This document shows, piece after piece, positions 42,065-54,188 of a DNA stretch of 64,000 nt. The position numbers and the translations under genes are program-made. Source of the DNA: Proteromonas lacertae (lineage: Eukaryota). The notes beneath the pieces were generated by a model. That model saw only the letters and a program-made list of their open reading frames with translations. It did not search any database and had not been told where the DNA came from. The stretch is from assembly GCA_002245135.1 (NCBI GenBank), contig NGBS01001165.1, forward strand, positions 1 to 64,000. Direction: 5' to 3'. Numbering within the stretch: the first letter of the stretch is position 1; the number at the start of each line of letters is the position of its first letter.

Positions 42065-43588
42065 TTACTTGTATTTTGCTATCAACAATTGATAATTTTC
42101 TTTCCATTGTTTATAATCTGGTGTGTTTTTGTATAATAAACAAAATGCACATGTTTTTTGTATTTTAAGTGTCAATTTCCCATTCTTAACGAAATACTCA
42201 TAAGGTCGACAATGTCCACCATTTCTTTTATTACTACCATTTTTTTTATTACTACCATTTTGACACTTGTACCTTTGCTTTCCTCTAAAATCCTCATCTT
42301 CATCAAATTTTTTAGGTTTTCCTTTACTATCAGTAGGTGTTAAATCATATCTGTGAAATACCTTTATTCCTCCACATTTTTTACATCTATATTTATCATT
42401 TTTCACACATTCATAACAAATATCATCACCTAAATATTTGATGAAGAATATTTTACAATCCCAATTTCCACAATTATAACATTGTTTCATATTATCTTCA
42501 CATTTAATAAACTTTTTATATTCTTTTTGTTTCTCTAAATCATTTTCAAATTCTTTCTGAATATTAGTATTTTTTATTAATGGTGTTTCGGCAGATGAAA
42601 TGAAAGGATATATACTATCCCATTCTCTACGTTTATTTGTATTTACAGCAGGACATATACATGTATGTTTTTTTAATCTTTCAGCAAATTTTATCTCTTT
42701 ACTATTAGATTTCTTTGCTTTTTTATTATCACATCGATCGTCATTGTTACATTCATTATTATGTTTTCTTTTGTTACTTTTTCTACTAACTGTATGATCT
42801 TGAATAAATCCATCACATCCTTCACACAAACTGCTGTCTTGCACAGTTGTTGAAGGATTTTTTGAAAGTTCAACTCTTGCATATGCTTGAGAAGAAAAGC
42901 GTTTTTCTTGACAAATACTACTACTTATAATAGCACTTGTCATTGAGTTTGAACTTCCACATTCAATTGCATTGTTGCCTGGATATACAAGATTATCATA
43001 AACACTGATGTTTGTTGCTGCTGTTGAATGATTTACTGATGACGAAGGCTGTTGATAATCATCTTCAGGTAAAGGACCAATATCTTTTTTAATGCTTGCA
43101 TTAATTCTAAATATGTGATTAAAATAATAATCTGTATCTCTGCTCTCATCTTTCTCATATAATTCACATAGTTGTACTTCTGGCGGTTCTAAAATGTTCA
43201 TATAATCATATTCAAATGCTTGTTGAGGTTGAGGTGGTGATTTTGATTGTAACAGCTGATTCTGTGGAATTGATTGTAGTGGTGATTGCACTTGTACATG
43301 ACGGTTAATATCATCTTCAGGAAGTACAAAATCTATACCACCTGAATCGCTTGTGTCTACATAACTTTCTTCTTCTACACAAATTTCTGGTGGGTTATAA
43401 AATGGATCTGAAAAAAATAAAGAATTACAACAACCATCTGACAAATATCCTTCCTCTTCTGATAGATTTGCTTTGTCTCGATGAGTAAACAGTACTCTAT
43501 CAACAGTGTCGAGTTTGTAATCACCATATTTAACTGTATTTCTTCCTTTTTCATCATGCTCAGCTGTATTAAATGTCTGGTTATCCAT
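42065..43588 (-). CDS. Intronless hypothetical protein with Cys-rich (putative Zn-binding), basic C-terminal region
   Basis: 507-aa uninterrupted ORF with CYNC, CYEC, CKKC and CAFC pairs and a KRK/KKAKK NLS-like stretch. Confidence 0.7.
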   Translation of the reverse strand: MDNQTFNTAEHDEKGRNTVKYGDYKLDTVDRVLFTHRDKANLSEEEGYLSDGCCNSLFFSDPFYNPPEICVEEESYVDTSDSGGIDFVLPEDDINRHVQVQSPLQSIPQNQLLQSKSPPQPQQAFEYDYMNILEPPEVQLCELYEKDESRDTDYYFNHIFRINASIKKDIGPLPEDDYQQPSSSVNHSTAATNISVYDNLVYPGNNAIECGSSNSMTSAIISSSICQEKRFSSQAYARVELSKNPSTTVQDSSLCEGCDGFIQDHTVSRKSNKRKHNNECNNDDRCDNKKAKKSNSKEIKFAERLKKHTCICPAVNTNKRREWDSIYPFISSAETPLIKNTNIQKEFENDLEKQKEYKKFIKCEDNMKQCYNCGNWDCKIFFIKYLGDDICYECVKNDKYRCKKCGGIKVFHRYDLTPTDSKGKPKKFDEDEDFRGKQRYKCQNGSNKKNGSNKRNGGHCRPYEYFVKNGKLTLKIQKTCAFCLLYKNTPDYKQWKENYQLLIAKYK

Positions 43589-43808
43589 TTATTAATAAAA
43601 CCAAATAAACCAACAGATTTGATTATCATCCAATCCATGTACAGCAGAGTAGGCTAAAATTTTTCTCTACAGAATTTTTTTTCTGTAGAAATTATATACA
43701 TTACATTCATTTTAAATTTAAATTTCAGTATATACAACAAAAAAACAAATATATATTAGTAATAATATTATTACACGTTAAAGTAATTCATTTAATATCT
43801 ATTATCTT

Positions 43809-46800
43809 TTATTCAAACACACCAGGATGAACTCTCTTATACATATTATCACCTACTTCAATAGTGAAACGTTTTTCTCTTTCTCTAAGTATTTCAGCTT
43901 CATTACATCCCACTACTCTATCCAATAAATCAGCATAAGGCTTTTTAAAATGAACTTTGCATCCAGGTAGAAAAGCCGTTTTATAAGGTCTAACATACTC
44001 ACTTTCTATTACCACATCACCCTTATATTTATCATCTGGAGCTATTTGTACATAATTATTCTCTAAATAGCATTTAAATAAACCAGGAGCATATAATTTC
44101 TTCTCCTTATCCAAATAAAACACACTTTGTAGTTCATGATATCTATTACCATTATCATCATTGTTATTTCTTCTCTTTGTGGGTGATAAGGTCGATTCTG
44201 GAGGTCTTAAACTCTTCAACATTTGAAGATCAGGTGTAATTGGACGAACACCAGTTGTACATTTAAATTGTTCAAGTCTTGATTTGGTTAATATACAATC
44301 TGTATCACTTATATACTCCATCAATGCTGGAGTTGGTGCTAATGTTAATAGATATTGAATTGGGTCATTCATTCCTCTATAAATGGAAGTTCTTGAATCA
44401 GTAAATGTCTGATTGGGAGATGGAATACGATTACCAGAACTTAAACTCCATGGTTTATATACTTCTTCTTCAGGTAATTCACAGGATCCAAATGCATAAT
44501 TGAAATCAATTCCTCTTAAAGCTGGATCTAATTCACGTTTCTTCTCTTCTTCTACTGTTCGAATTATATTGCCATCTGCATCTACTATATTACCATCAGC
44601 ATCCATTAATTCACCATCTTCATTTAAATGGTATTTTGATTCATCAATTACTTTTCCATTTTCATCGACTAATTCTCCCTTTTCATTACGATAATATTTT
44701 CCTTGTTTCGCTTTTCTGATGATATTACCATTTGCATCAACTTGATTTCCATCTTTATCTAATAATTCTCCATGATTTCCTAATATATATTTAGTTTCAT
44801 CAATCACATTACCATTCTCATCAACCAATTCACCTCTTTCATTTCGATTATATTTGCTCTTTCTACCTTTAAGAATTGATTTTCTCAATATATTACCATC
44901 TTTATCAACTATATTTCCTTCAGCATCTTCTAACTCACCATCTTCATTAACATGGAACTTTGATTCATCAATTACATTGCCTTCTTCATCAATTAATTCA
45001 CCATCTTTATTTCTATGATAAAGATGAGATTTTCTAAGTATATTTCCATTCTCATCAACTACATTGCCATATTCATCTAATAATTCACCAGCTTGATTCT
45101 GTTTGAATTTCCTACTTCTAATTATATTACCTTTAGCATCAACAATATTTCCATCTCTATCTTCAAGCTCTCCATTCGCATTTAAGTGGTATAAATTTTC
45201 ATCAACTATATTACCATCTTCATCAACCAATTCACCATTCTCATTTCTATGGTATTTACCCATTCTTGCCCTTCTCAATATATTACCATCAGCATCAACT
45301 ATATTACCATCTTGGTCAACTAAATCACCATCTGCAGTGAGATAAAACAATTTTTCATTGATAACATTCCCATTTTCATCAACTAATTGACCATTTTCAT
45401 TTCTACGGTAGTGTTTTTTAACATAAGTTGATTTTCTTAAGATATTACCATGAGAATCGACAATATTACCATATTCATCTTCCAATTCACCATTATTATT
45501 CAAATGATATAAGTTAGAATCAATCACATTACCATCTTCATCTATTATATTTCCATCTTTATCAATCTTATAAAATGGAACATTATTCTTATTATTCTTA
45601 CTGCTATAAGGTCTAATGATATTACCAAATGAATCAACAATATTTCCTTCTTTATCTTCTAACTCACCATCTTCGTTTATATGATAAAGTGATGAATCTA
45701 TAACATTACCATCTTCATCAACTATATTACCATCAGCATCTATATGATACTTTGGTTTTATTAAATTACTACGATTCTCTCTCTTAATAACGATATTTCC
45801 AGCCCAATCTACTATATTTCCATCATCATCGACTAGTTCTCCATCTTCATTCAAATGATATTTGCTTTCATCAATTACATGACCTTCATCATCCATTAAA
45901 ACACCTGCTTCACTTCTGTGATATTTTCCTGCTTTTGCTGTTCGAATTATTTTACCTTTTGAATCTACAATATTACCTTTATCATCGACTAATTCGCCTT
46001 TTTCATTTAAATGGTATTTTGATTCGTCGATTATATTTCCATCTTCATCAACAAGTTGACCATTTTCATTACGATGATATTTTCCTTGTTTTGCTGGTCT
46101 TATGATATTTCCTTCAGAATCTACAATATTTCCATCACTGTCTACCAACTCGCCATTCTCGTTCAATCTATATTTACTTTCATCAATCACATTACCATTC
46201 TCATCAACCAATTCGCCTTTATCATTTCGATGATATTTGCTCTTGGCTCTCCTAATTATATTACCCTGTGAATCGACAATATTACCATATTCATCTTCCA
46301 ATTCACCGCTTTCGTTCAATCTATATTTACTTTCATCAATAACATTACCATCTTCGTCAACTAACTCACCATTCTCATTTCTATGGTATTTCTGTATTTC
46401 TTCTTCTTTAGATTCTGTTATTGGTGTTGGAACAATAATATTACCAAATGCATCAACTATATTTCCTTCATTATCCACCAATTCACCATTTTCATTCAAA
46501 TGATACTTTGATTGATCAATTACATTACCATTTTCATCAACCAATTCACCTTTTGAATTCAAATGATAATTACGGTTCTTCACATCAATATCTGAAGCTA
46601 ATATACTTGTTCTTGCTCTGGAAGATGAAGGAATTGGATTTCCATCTTTATCAACAATATTTCCATTCTCATCTATCAAATCTCCATTACTATTGAGCTT
46701 GTATTTTTCATTCACTAAGTTACCATTTGAATCAACAACTTTACCATCTTCATTAGTAGAATATACTTCAGAATCAGCTCGAGGAGTTGTTTGTTTGCTT

Positions 46801-49156
46801 AAAGCGATTGATTGTCTCTTTATTAATTCTTTCTGTGACTTTTCTGCTACTATTTCAGACTTTCTACAACTTTGAATTAATTCTTTGAATTCTTCTGGAT
46901 CATAGGCAGGTGTAGCTGGTGGTAATATTTGGTCAATCTCTGGATCAGGTGGTTCATATACAGCTTCTGGAAGATTGACCGATATTTCTGTAACTTTCTA
47001 TTTAAAATAGTAATAAATTAATTATAAATCATACTTTATATTGTTCTTCTATAATCTGTAAATAGCAATCATCAGCTAATTCATCAATTGATGGTAAGTT
47101 TCTATTACTTGTCAATTCATCTAATAATCTCTCCATTGGTATTTCATCACCTATCATTATATGTTTCTTTAATTCAATATAAAATGTTTTGGGTAAATAG
47201 TTAGATTCTGGTTTCTTTAAGAATTCTAATACTTTCTTATGATATTCAGTTTGATAAGGCTGTTCATAGACAGTTTTCTCAACATCATTCTTTAAATCAG
47301 CAATTTCTGATCTTGATTCTTCAAAGTTCAATATTTCATTAATTCTAGTTTCTATTGCAGTTAATTGAGCTTCACTCAATGGTTGTGGTGTTAAAATTGT
47401 TTTATCATCTTCATCAATACTTATACATTGAGTTACCATATCTATGATCTTTTCTTCAAATAATTCTTCAGTTGAATTTTCAGGATTTGAGAATGGCAAA
47501 CCCATTGAACCAATTAATGAATAATTCAACCATTTTCTCGATTTTAATAAGTAATAAGCACTACAACCATGTGATACTGATTCATCCATATTTAATGAGT
47601 TAATAAGACTAATATTATATTTATCTTTAATAACATTTTGTAGTAATGGAATTCTTAAACATCCTCCACTGATTATTATACCTAATGGAACATCTTCACC
47701 TATTTTTGAACCTTTGATTGCTTCTTGGATTAATTTTATTAATATTTGTGGGAATTCATTCTGTTCTAATAATGCATTTAATAATGAAACACTATAAGTT
47801 CCTTCATAATCTGTTTCGTTGGGTAAAACACCATCAATTCGTATTTTTATCTATTCAAATATAATAACATACAAATATATATACTGTATCTGCACCTTCT
47901 GAACTTAATTTGCATTTAATATCCTTCATTGCTTCTTCTATTTTAGCTTGAACCACTGGCTTGAATGTTGAAAATGTACTTGGAGTTATTGCTGACTTTC
48001 TTACACTATTACCACCACTCTTCATTTCTTCTTCTCCATCTTTACTATCTTCTTTTCCTTCTATTCCATTACCTCTGCCATGAGTTTCACCATAGATAAC
48101 TCTACTGATATATTCACATAACAATTGATCTATTTTCTTACCACATATTTGTCTAGTATATCGACTTGCTAATATATTTGTTTGAGTTGAAGTATATTGC
48201 ACTATACTACAACTTGTATGAGTATAACCCATATCTAATAACACGTATATTTGTTCACCTTCAGTTGTTATTGAATTTTCATATCCATAACACAAAGCTA
48301 AAGCTTGATAATCTGGTATAACTGACTTTATTAACAAATGATCTATATAAAAACATATATATGTTTATATATATATACATCTTGGTAAAAATTTATGATA
48401 AATTGATTTAACATTGGATATATGATTCTTATTGAAATATGGTGGAACAGCAAGAATACATTCATAACTTTTAATCTCATTCATTGAAGATTCAGGTAAT
48501 GCTGGCATTCCATTCTCTAAATTGTTCATTTTAAATGGGTCAGAACTCTCATCTGGGAAAGCCACTGGAATTCCTGGAATGAATGTCATATCTGGAGCTT
48601 TCTCTTCAGTTTTGGCTATTTCATGAGAAGGATCAATGATTGTTGTTATTTGAGATATATAATATGCATATAGTTCATAACATGTTAGAGTAATCATATT
48701 TTTATTTTCATCTGTTTGAAGGAAGGGGAATATTTTTTCTTCATTTTGTGCAATCATTTCATTTAAATCTGTGAAATAGTTTGGTGCACATCTTATTTTC
48801 TATTTTATGAATAATTCGATAAAATTTATACATTACCTGTTGCATGTAAACCAATATAGGATTTCTCCTTATCAAATACAAGAATAACACTAGAATATAA
48901 ATTTTTGAATTAATACGGAGTCTGTTTTTTACCTAGATTATTATCTACAGTTTGGACATAGCACTTTCCAGCTTTCTCAGTGGATTTTGATATTTTCAAT
49001 GAATCTCCACCAAGATCAATTCCATAAGATAACTAGATACATTATATAAAGAAAGTGAATTAGATTAAGAAATTAAAGAAAAAAGAAATAAGCAAAATTA
49101 ATGAGTATGAATGAATATAATATAAATACCACATCACTGCTTTTCAAATCATTCAT
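43809..49156 (-). CDS. Hsp110-like + 26 DxxGN-repeat units + Tudor-like protein, paralog 3
   Basis: YGIDLGGDS, LLDMGYTHTS, ISGGCLRIP, SLNMDESVSHGC, KNDVEKTVY; long repeat array; C-terminal domain shared with the family. Confidence 0.8.
44563..46703 (-). repeat. Coding repeat array: alternating YHRNENGELVDEDGNVIDESK and YHLNENGELVDxDGNIVDxxGNII units
   Basis: 26 units counted in the translated ORF. Confidence 0.95.
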
Positions 49157-49303
49157 TATAAGGAATTAGATATAAAACGAAAGCCGTTACTAAATAATCG
49201 GCTTGATTTGAAAGATCAGATCTTGTCCGTTTTTTCTTTATTTTTCAAATTTAAACACAAATAAACAAATAAAATCACATGTATTATACATAAATAGAAT
49301 AAT

Positions 49304-52300
49304 CTATGCAAAAATAAGTGCATTTACATCTTTGTACCTTGTACCTTTTATTTTAATACAGTATTTGCCATCACATTACTTTCAATATTTCAGCTTCATT
49401 ACCACCTAATCTCTTCATCAATACTTCACTATATGGACTAATAAAATGGACAATCTGTCCTGGCTCATATCTTGCTGGTTTGTATTTTCTAACATGTCTT
49501 CTTTCAACAGTTCTTTTACCAGTTTCATGATTTACTATTTCCACATATATATCATTAATTTCAGTAGCAAATCGTGCTTTAGTCCAGGATCTATTATATT
49601 CTTCATAATATTCAATCGTTTCATCTCTCTTAAATATCAAATTACCTTTTTCATCATATTCATCTGCATTTGTATTGATGTTATTAAAAGTACTATTAAA
49701 AGTTTCATCTAATGGAGCAGTTGAAGAGAAAGATTCATTGAATGATACATTTGGTAATAATGAATTACTGGTATTATTATTATTATTGTTGTTGTTGTTA
49801 CTCATATAATTATTATTATCTCCATCATTATTGATGTTATTATTATCAAAATTATAAGTATTATTTGCCATTGGTGTTGGTGGATTGGATAGTGTAATTT
49901 TACTACTGCTATAGTGATGTGAATTTCTTCTAAATGATGATGATGATTTTCCTGTACCAAATAATCGTGAAGTAACATTTGTGCTACAAGGTGAGAATGT
50001 AGATCTACATGGTTTTCCTGAACTTATTCTTTCAGATGTAATAGGTGTAAGAGGAGTTGATTTTCTAAACAATTTCAAATTGTCAATAGTTAAACGACAA
50101 TTTGGTTGTTTTAAAAACTCTGTCAAAGCAGCAGATGGTTGCATTTTCAATAGATATTGTATTGGATCATTCCTTTGGCATTTCTTACCAGTTTTATGTG
50201 GTTCTAATTCTGGAGCAGTTGCTGGTCGTTGTGGCATTAATGGCCATGGTTGATATTGTTCCTCTGGTTCTAATGTTGATCCCCACAAATCCCAATTCAG
50301 TCCACTTAAAGCAGCATTCATTCCTTTATCTCTAATCTCTTCAGCACTTACAATTACATTACCATCTTTATCAACAATATTTCCATTTTCATCTTCTAAT
50401 AAACCATTTTCATTTAAGTGGTATTTTGATTCATTGATGATATTTCCATCTTCATCGACTAATTGACCATCTTTATTACGATGATACTTACCTTGTTTTG
50501 CCTTTTTAATTATTTTACCATCTGAATCTACGATATTTCCGTCTTTATCCACTAATTCTCCATTTGCATTTAATCTATATTTACTTTCATCTATCACATT
50601 ACCATTTCCATCAATCAATTCACCTTTTTCATTTCGACTATAATTACCAAGTTTCTCTTTCTTCTTCATAATCTTTCCATTAGCATCAACTACATTTCCA
50701 TCTTTATCTACTAACTCACCATTCTCATTCAATTTGAACTTATCTTCATCAATAACATTCCCATTCTCATCTACTAATTTACCATCTTCATTTCTACGAT
50801 AATTACCTTCTAATGCTCTTCTAATTATATCTCCATATTCATCAACAACATTACCATCATTATCAAGTATTTCATGATTATCATTATATCTATATTTGGT
50901 TGGATCTATTATATTACCATTTTCATCTATGATTTTCTGTCTACCAACTAATTTACCATTTGAATCAACTTCATTTCCATTCTCATCAACAAGAATTCCA
51001 TCTTCAGTTAAGTGATATTTTGATACATCAATCACATTGCCATTTTCATCAACTAACTCACCTTTATCATTTCGTTTGTGTTTTCCTAATTTTTCATTCT
51101 TCTTTTTGATAATTTTACCATCTTTGTCAACTATATTACCATCTTCGTCTTCTAATTCACCATTCTCATTCTCTTTTATCTTCTTTTCTCCTTTCTTTCG
51201 TATTATATTTCCATCTTTATCTACCACATTTCCATCCTCATCTACTAACTCTCCATCTTCATTCAAATGGTATTTATCTTCATCAATTACATTACCATCT
51301 TCATCAACCAATTCACCATTCTCATTTCGATGATATTTCTCTTCATTGTTATCTAACTCAGCTTTAGTAACATTTCTTGATAATTTTGATTTATTATCAT
51401 TTTCATCACCATTTTCACCATCATCACTATCTTTACCAGTAACTGGTGTATTAACTTTGCTCCTTCTTATCTTTTCCATTGTATCTTCAAATATAATCTC
51501 AGACTTTCTCACATTAGTAATCAAATCATCAAACTCTTGTCTATTCAAAGCAGGATAAGGTTTTGGTAAACTATCAACACCATCTTCACCAGCAGGAATA
51601 AATGTAGCACTTGGTAAATTGATTTTGATGTTATTCAACTTATTATATTGATCATTAATCAATTGAATATAACAATCATTTACTAATTCGTCCATTGGAG
51701 GTAAAGGTCTGTTGGTGACTTCTTCTAATAATCTTTCAAGTGATATTTCTTTACCTCTTTCTATATAATCTTCTAATTCTGTATAAAACTTCAATGGTAA
51801 ATAACCAGACATTGGTTTCTTCATAAAATCTAATACTTTTTCATGAAACTCTGTTCTTAACATTTGTTCATAGATTTTACTTTCTACTTTGTTCTTTGCT
51901 GCTGCAATTTCATTTTTTTTACTCTCGAATTCTAATATTTCATTAATTCTTGTTTCTATTGAAGATAACTGAGTTTTATCTAACATTTCAGGTGAAAGAA
52001 TTGACTTATCTTCTTCATCAATGTTTATACAATTTGAGACTCGATCAAATCCTTGTCTTTCATCATCATCATCTTCTTCTAATTGTTCATCTTCTTTTGA
52101 TTTATCTCTCAACTTACCAATCACTGAATAATTATTCCATAATCCATGCAAATTCAACCAATAAGCACTACAACCATTTGCTACAGATTCATCCATATTT
52201 AATGTTTGAATTAACTTCAGATTCAATTGTTTTGTAATTGTTTCTTGTAGTAATGGAATTCTCATACTTCCACCACTTATTATACAACCTTCCACTGTAG

Positions 52301-53838
52301 CTTCTTCACCTATATTTGACTCTTTAATTGCTCTTTTGATTAATGTAATTAATATATCTGGATAATTGTTATTGGTTAGTAAATTATCTAAGATTTCTTT
52401 ACTATAAATACCTTCATAATCTTGATCATCTGGCAATCCTCCTTCTATTGATAAATTCACTGTATCTGCACCTTGAGCTGATAATTTTCTTTTAATGTCT
52501 TCCATTGTTGAAAATATCTTTGTCTTTAATTTATCTTTGAATTTATCTAAATAATTATCATTATCATTATTATTATTACCACCTTCAGAATCAGGTTTTG
52601 GTGTTGAAGTTGTAGATGTGGCAATTGTTGTAGCAGTATCTTTGAAAATTGGTGTATTTGGTGAATCGACACTATCAACTGCCATCTGTTCATTGACTGG
52701 ATTTCCTTCTAAATATATTTCTTTAGCAATTGATTCAGACATTAAATCATCAATCTTCTTACCACAAATCTTTCTTGTAAAACAACTGGAAAGGATATTA
52801 CATCGATTGGCTGTATATTGAACAACTGTTGCTGATGTATGGCTATATCCCATATCAACTATTATATATATTTGTTCTGTTGAACTTGTTATTGTATTTT
52901 CATAACCATAACAGATAGCTAATGCTTCATAATCTGGAATTACACTGTCTATCTTAATTTGATCTATATATTATATTATATTATTAAATATGTATATATA
53001 TATACATACATCTTGATTGAAATTTCTTATACAATCTCAACAAATTCTTCACATGCTTTTCATTAAAATATGGTGGAACAGCTAATACACAGATATAACA
53101 ACTACTATCATTATTAGCACCTAAAACACTAGAATTAAGATCATCAATAGAAGAACTAGCGTAGGATGATTGTACTAAATCAACAAATGATTTATTATTT
53201 GAACTTTCATCATTTACATCAGAAGGAGGTACAGGAACACCTTTTGCTCTCACATCTTCAATGAATGTATTTTCAGTGTTATGTTTGTTTAATATGGATG
53301 GATCTATTATATTAGTGATTTGAGACATGTATAATGAGTAAAATTCATAACATGTCATTGTTATGTAATTGTTACTGGTTGATGTTTGAAGATAAGGGAA
53401 TGTCCTTGCTTGATTCTCAGCGATCATTTCATTTATATCTGAAAAATAATTAGGAGAACATCTCACTTTCTATAGAAAAAGATAAATTGAGTTATTTCAT
53501 ACATTACTTTTAGCAATTTCACCAACATAGGATTTATCTTTATCAAAAGCAATTAATACACTAATTTAAAATAGATTAGCAATGTTATACGGAGTATTCT
53601 TCTTTCCTAAAGAATTTTCAACTATATTAATCGTAAAAGAATCATTAGTTTTATTTATTTTGGAAATCTCCATTAATGAACTTCCTATATCCAATCCATA
53701 TGCCAACTATACCATAAGAGTAATAATAATTAGTAATGAAGAATAACAGACATATTATAACTAATAGCAAGTCAAAACAAAAAAAGATTAGTATATAATA
53801 TCAATATATACAGCTTGAGAACTTTCTGTAGTAGTCAT
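49304..53838 (-). CDS. Hsp110-like + 13 DxxGN-repeat units + Tudor-like protein, paralog 4
   Basis: YGLDIGSS, IVDMGYSHTS, ISGGSMRIP, TLNMDESVANGC, KNKVESKIY. As assembled it stops at 49371; removing one base at ~49376 restores KVCDGKYCIKIKGTRYKDVNALIFA*, which matches the paralog C-termini. Confidence 0.8.
50352..51336 (-). repeat. Coding DxxGN repeat array of paralog 4
   Basis: About 13 units of the same type as in paralog 3. Confidence 0.9.
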
Positions 53839-54188
53839 TAATTCAATAAAAAAGAATAAAAACGGTCAAAAAAAATAACGAATATTGAAATTGATATTAA
53901 TGGGTGATGCAAATGATGAATTTGATTTATAATTTACCATACATTGCAAAAGTGCAAAAAGAAACGCAAACAAAGAAGTATTAGAGATATTGACATAATA
54001 CCTCTTTATTAATTGATTTTAAATAACTTCATTATATTTTAAATTGATTTTATTTCACTTTTCTTTCTTAAAATCACTACAATTGCTGTTATACTCATTT
54101 ATATTTCTTATACTGGCTTGATATTGGTTCGAGATACTAAGATAAAAATCTTTGCTTTTGTGTTTAATCTGATTAATATTTTGAAATA

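Noticed and set aside
44563..46703. Regular repeats resembling a CRISPR array
   Set aside because: The repeats are degenerate at third codon positions and lie in one open frame. They are protein repeats in a eukaryotic gene, with no cas genes.
44500..46875. Plus-strand Ser/Pro-rich ORFs (also 7966-8211, 15725-16107, 51037-51558 and similar)
   Set aside because: Antisense shadows of real minus-strand genes.
54112..54140. GGTTCGA tRNA T-loop/B-box-like motif
   Set aside because: No T-stem or cloverleaf pairing around it.
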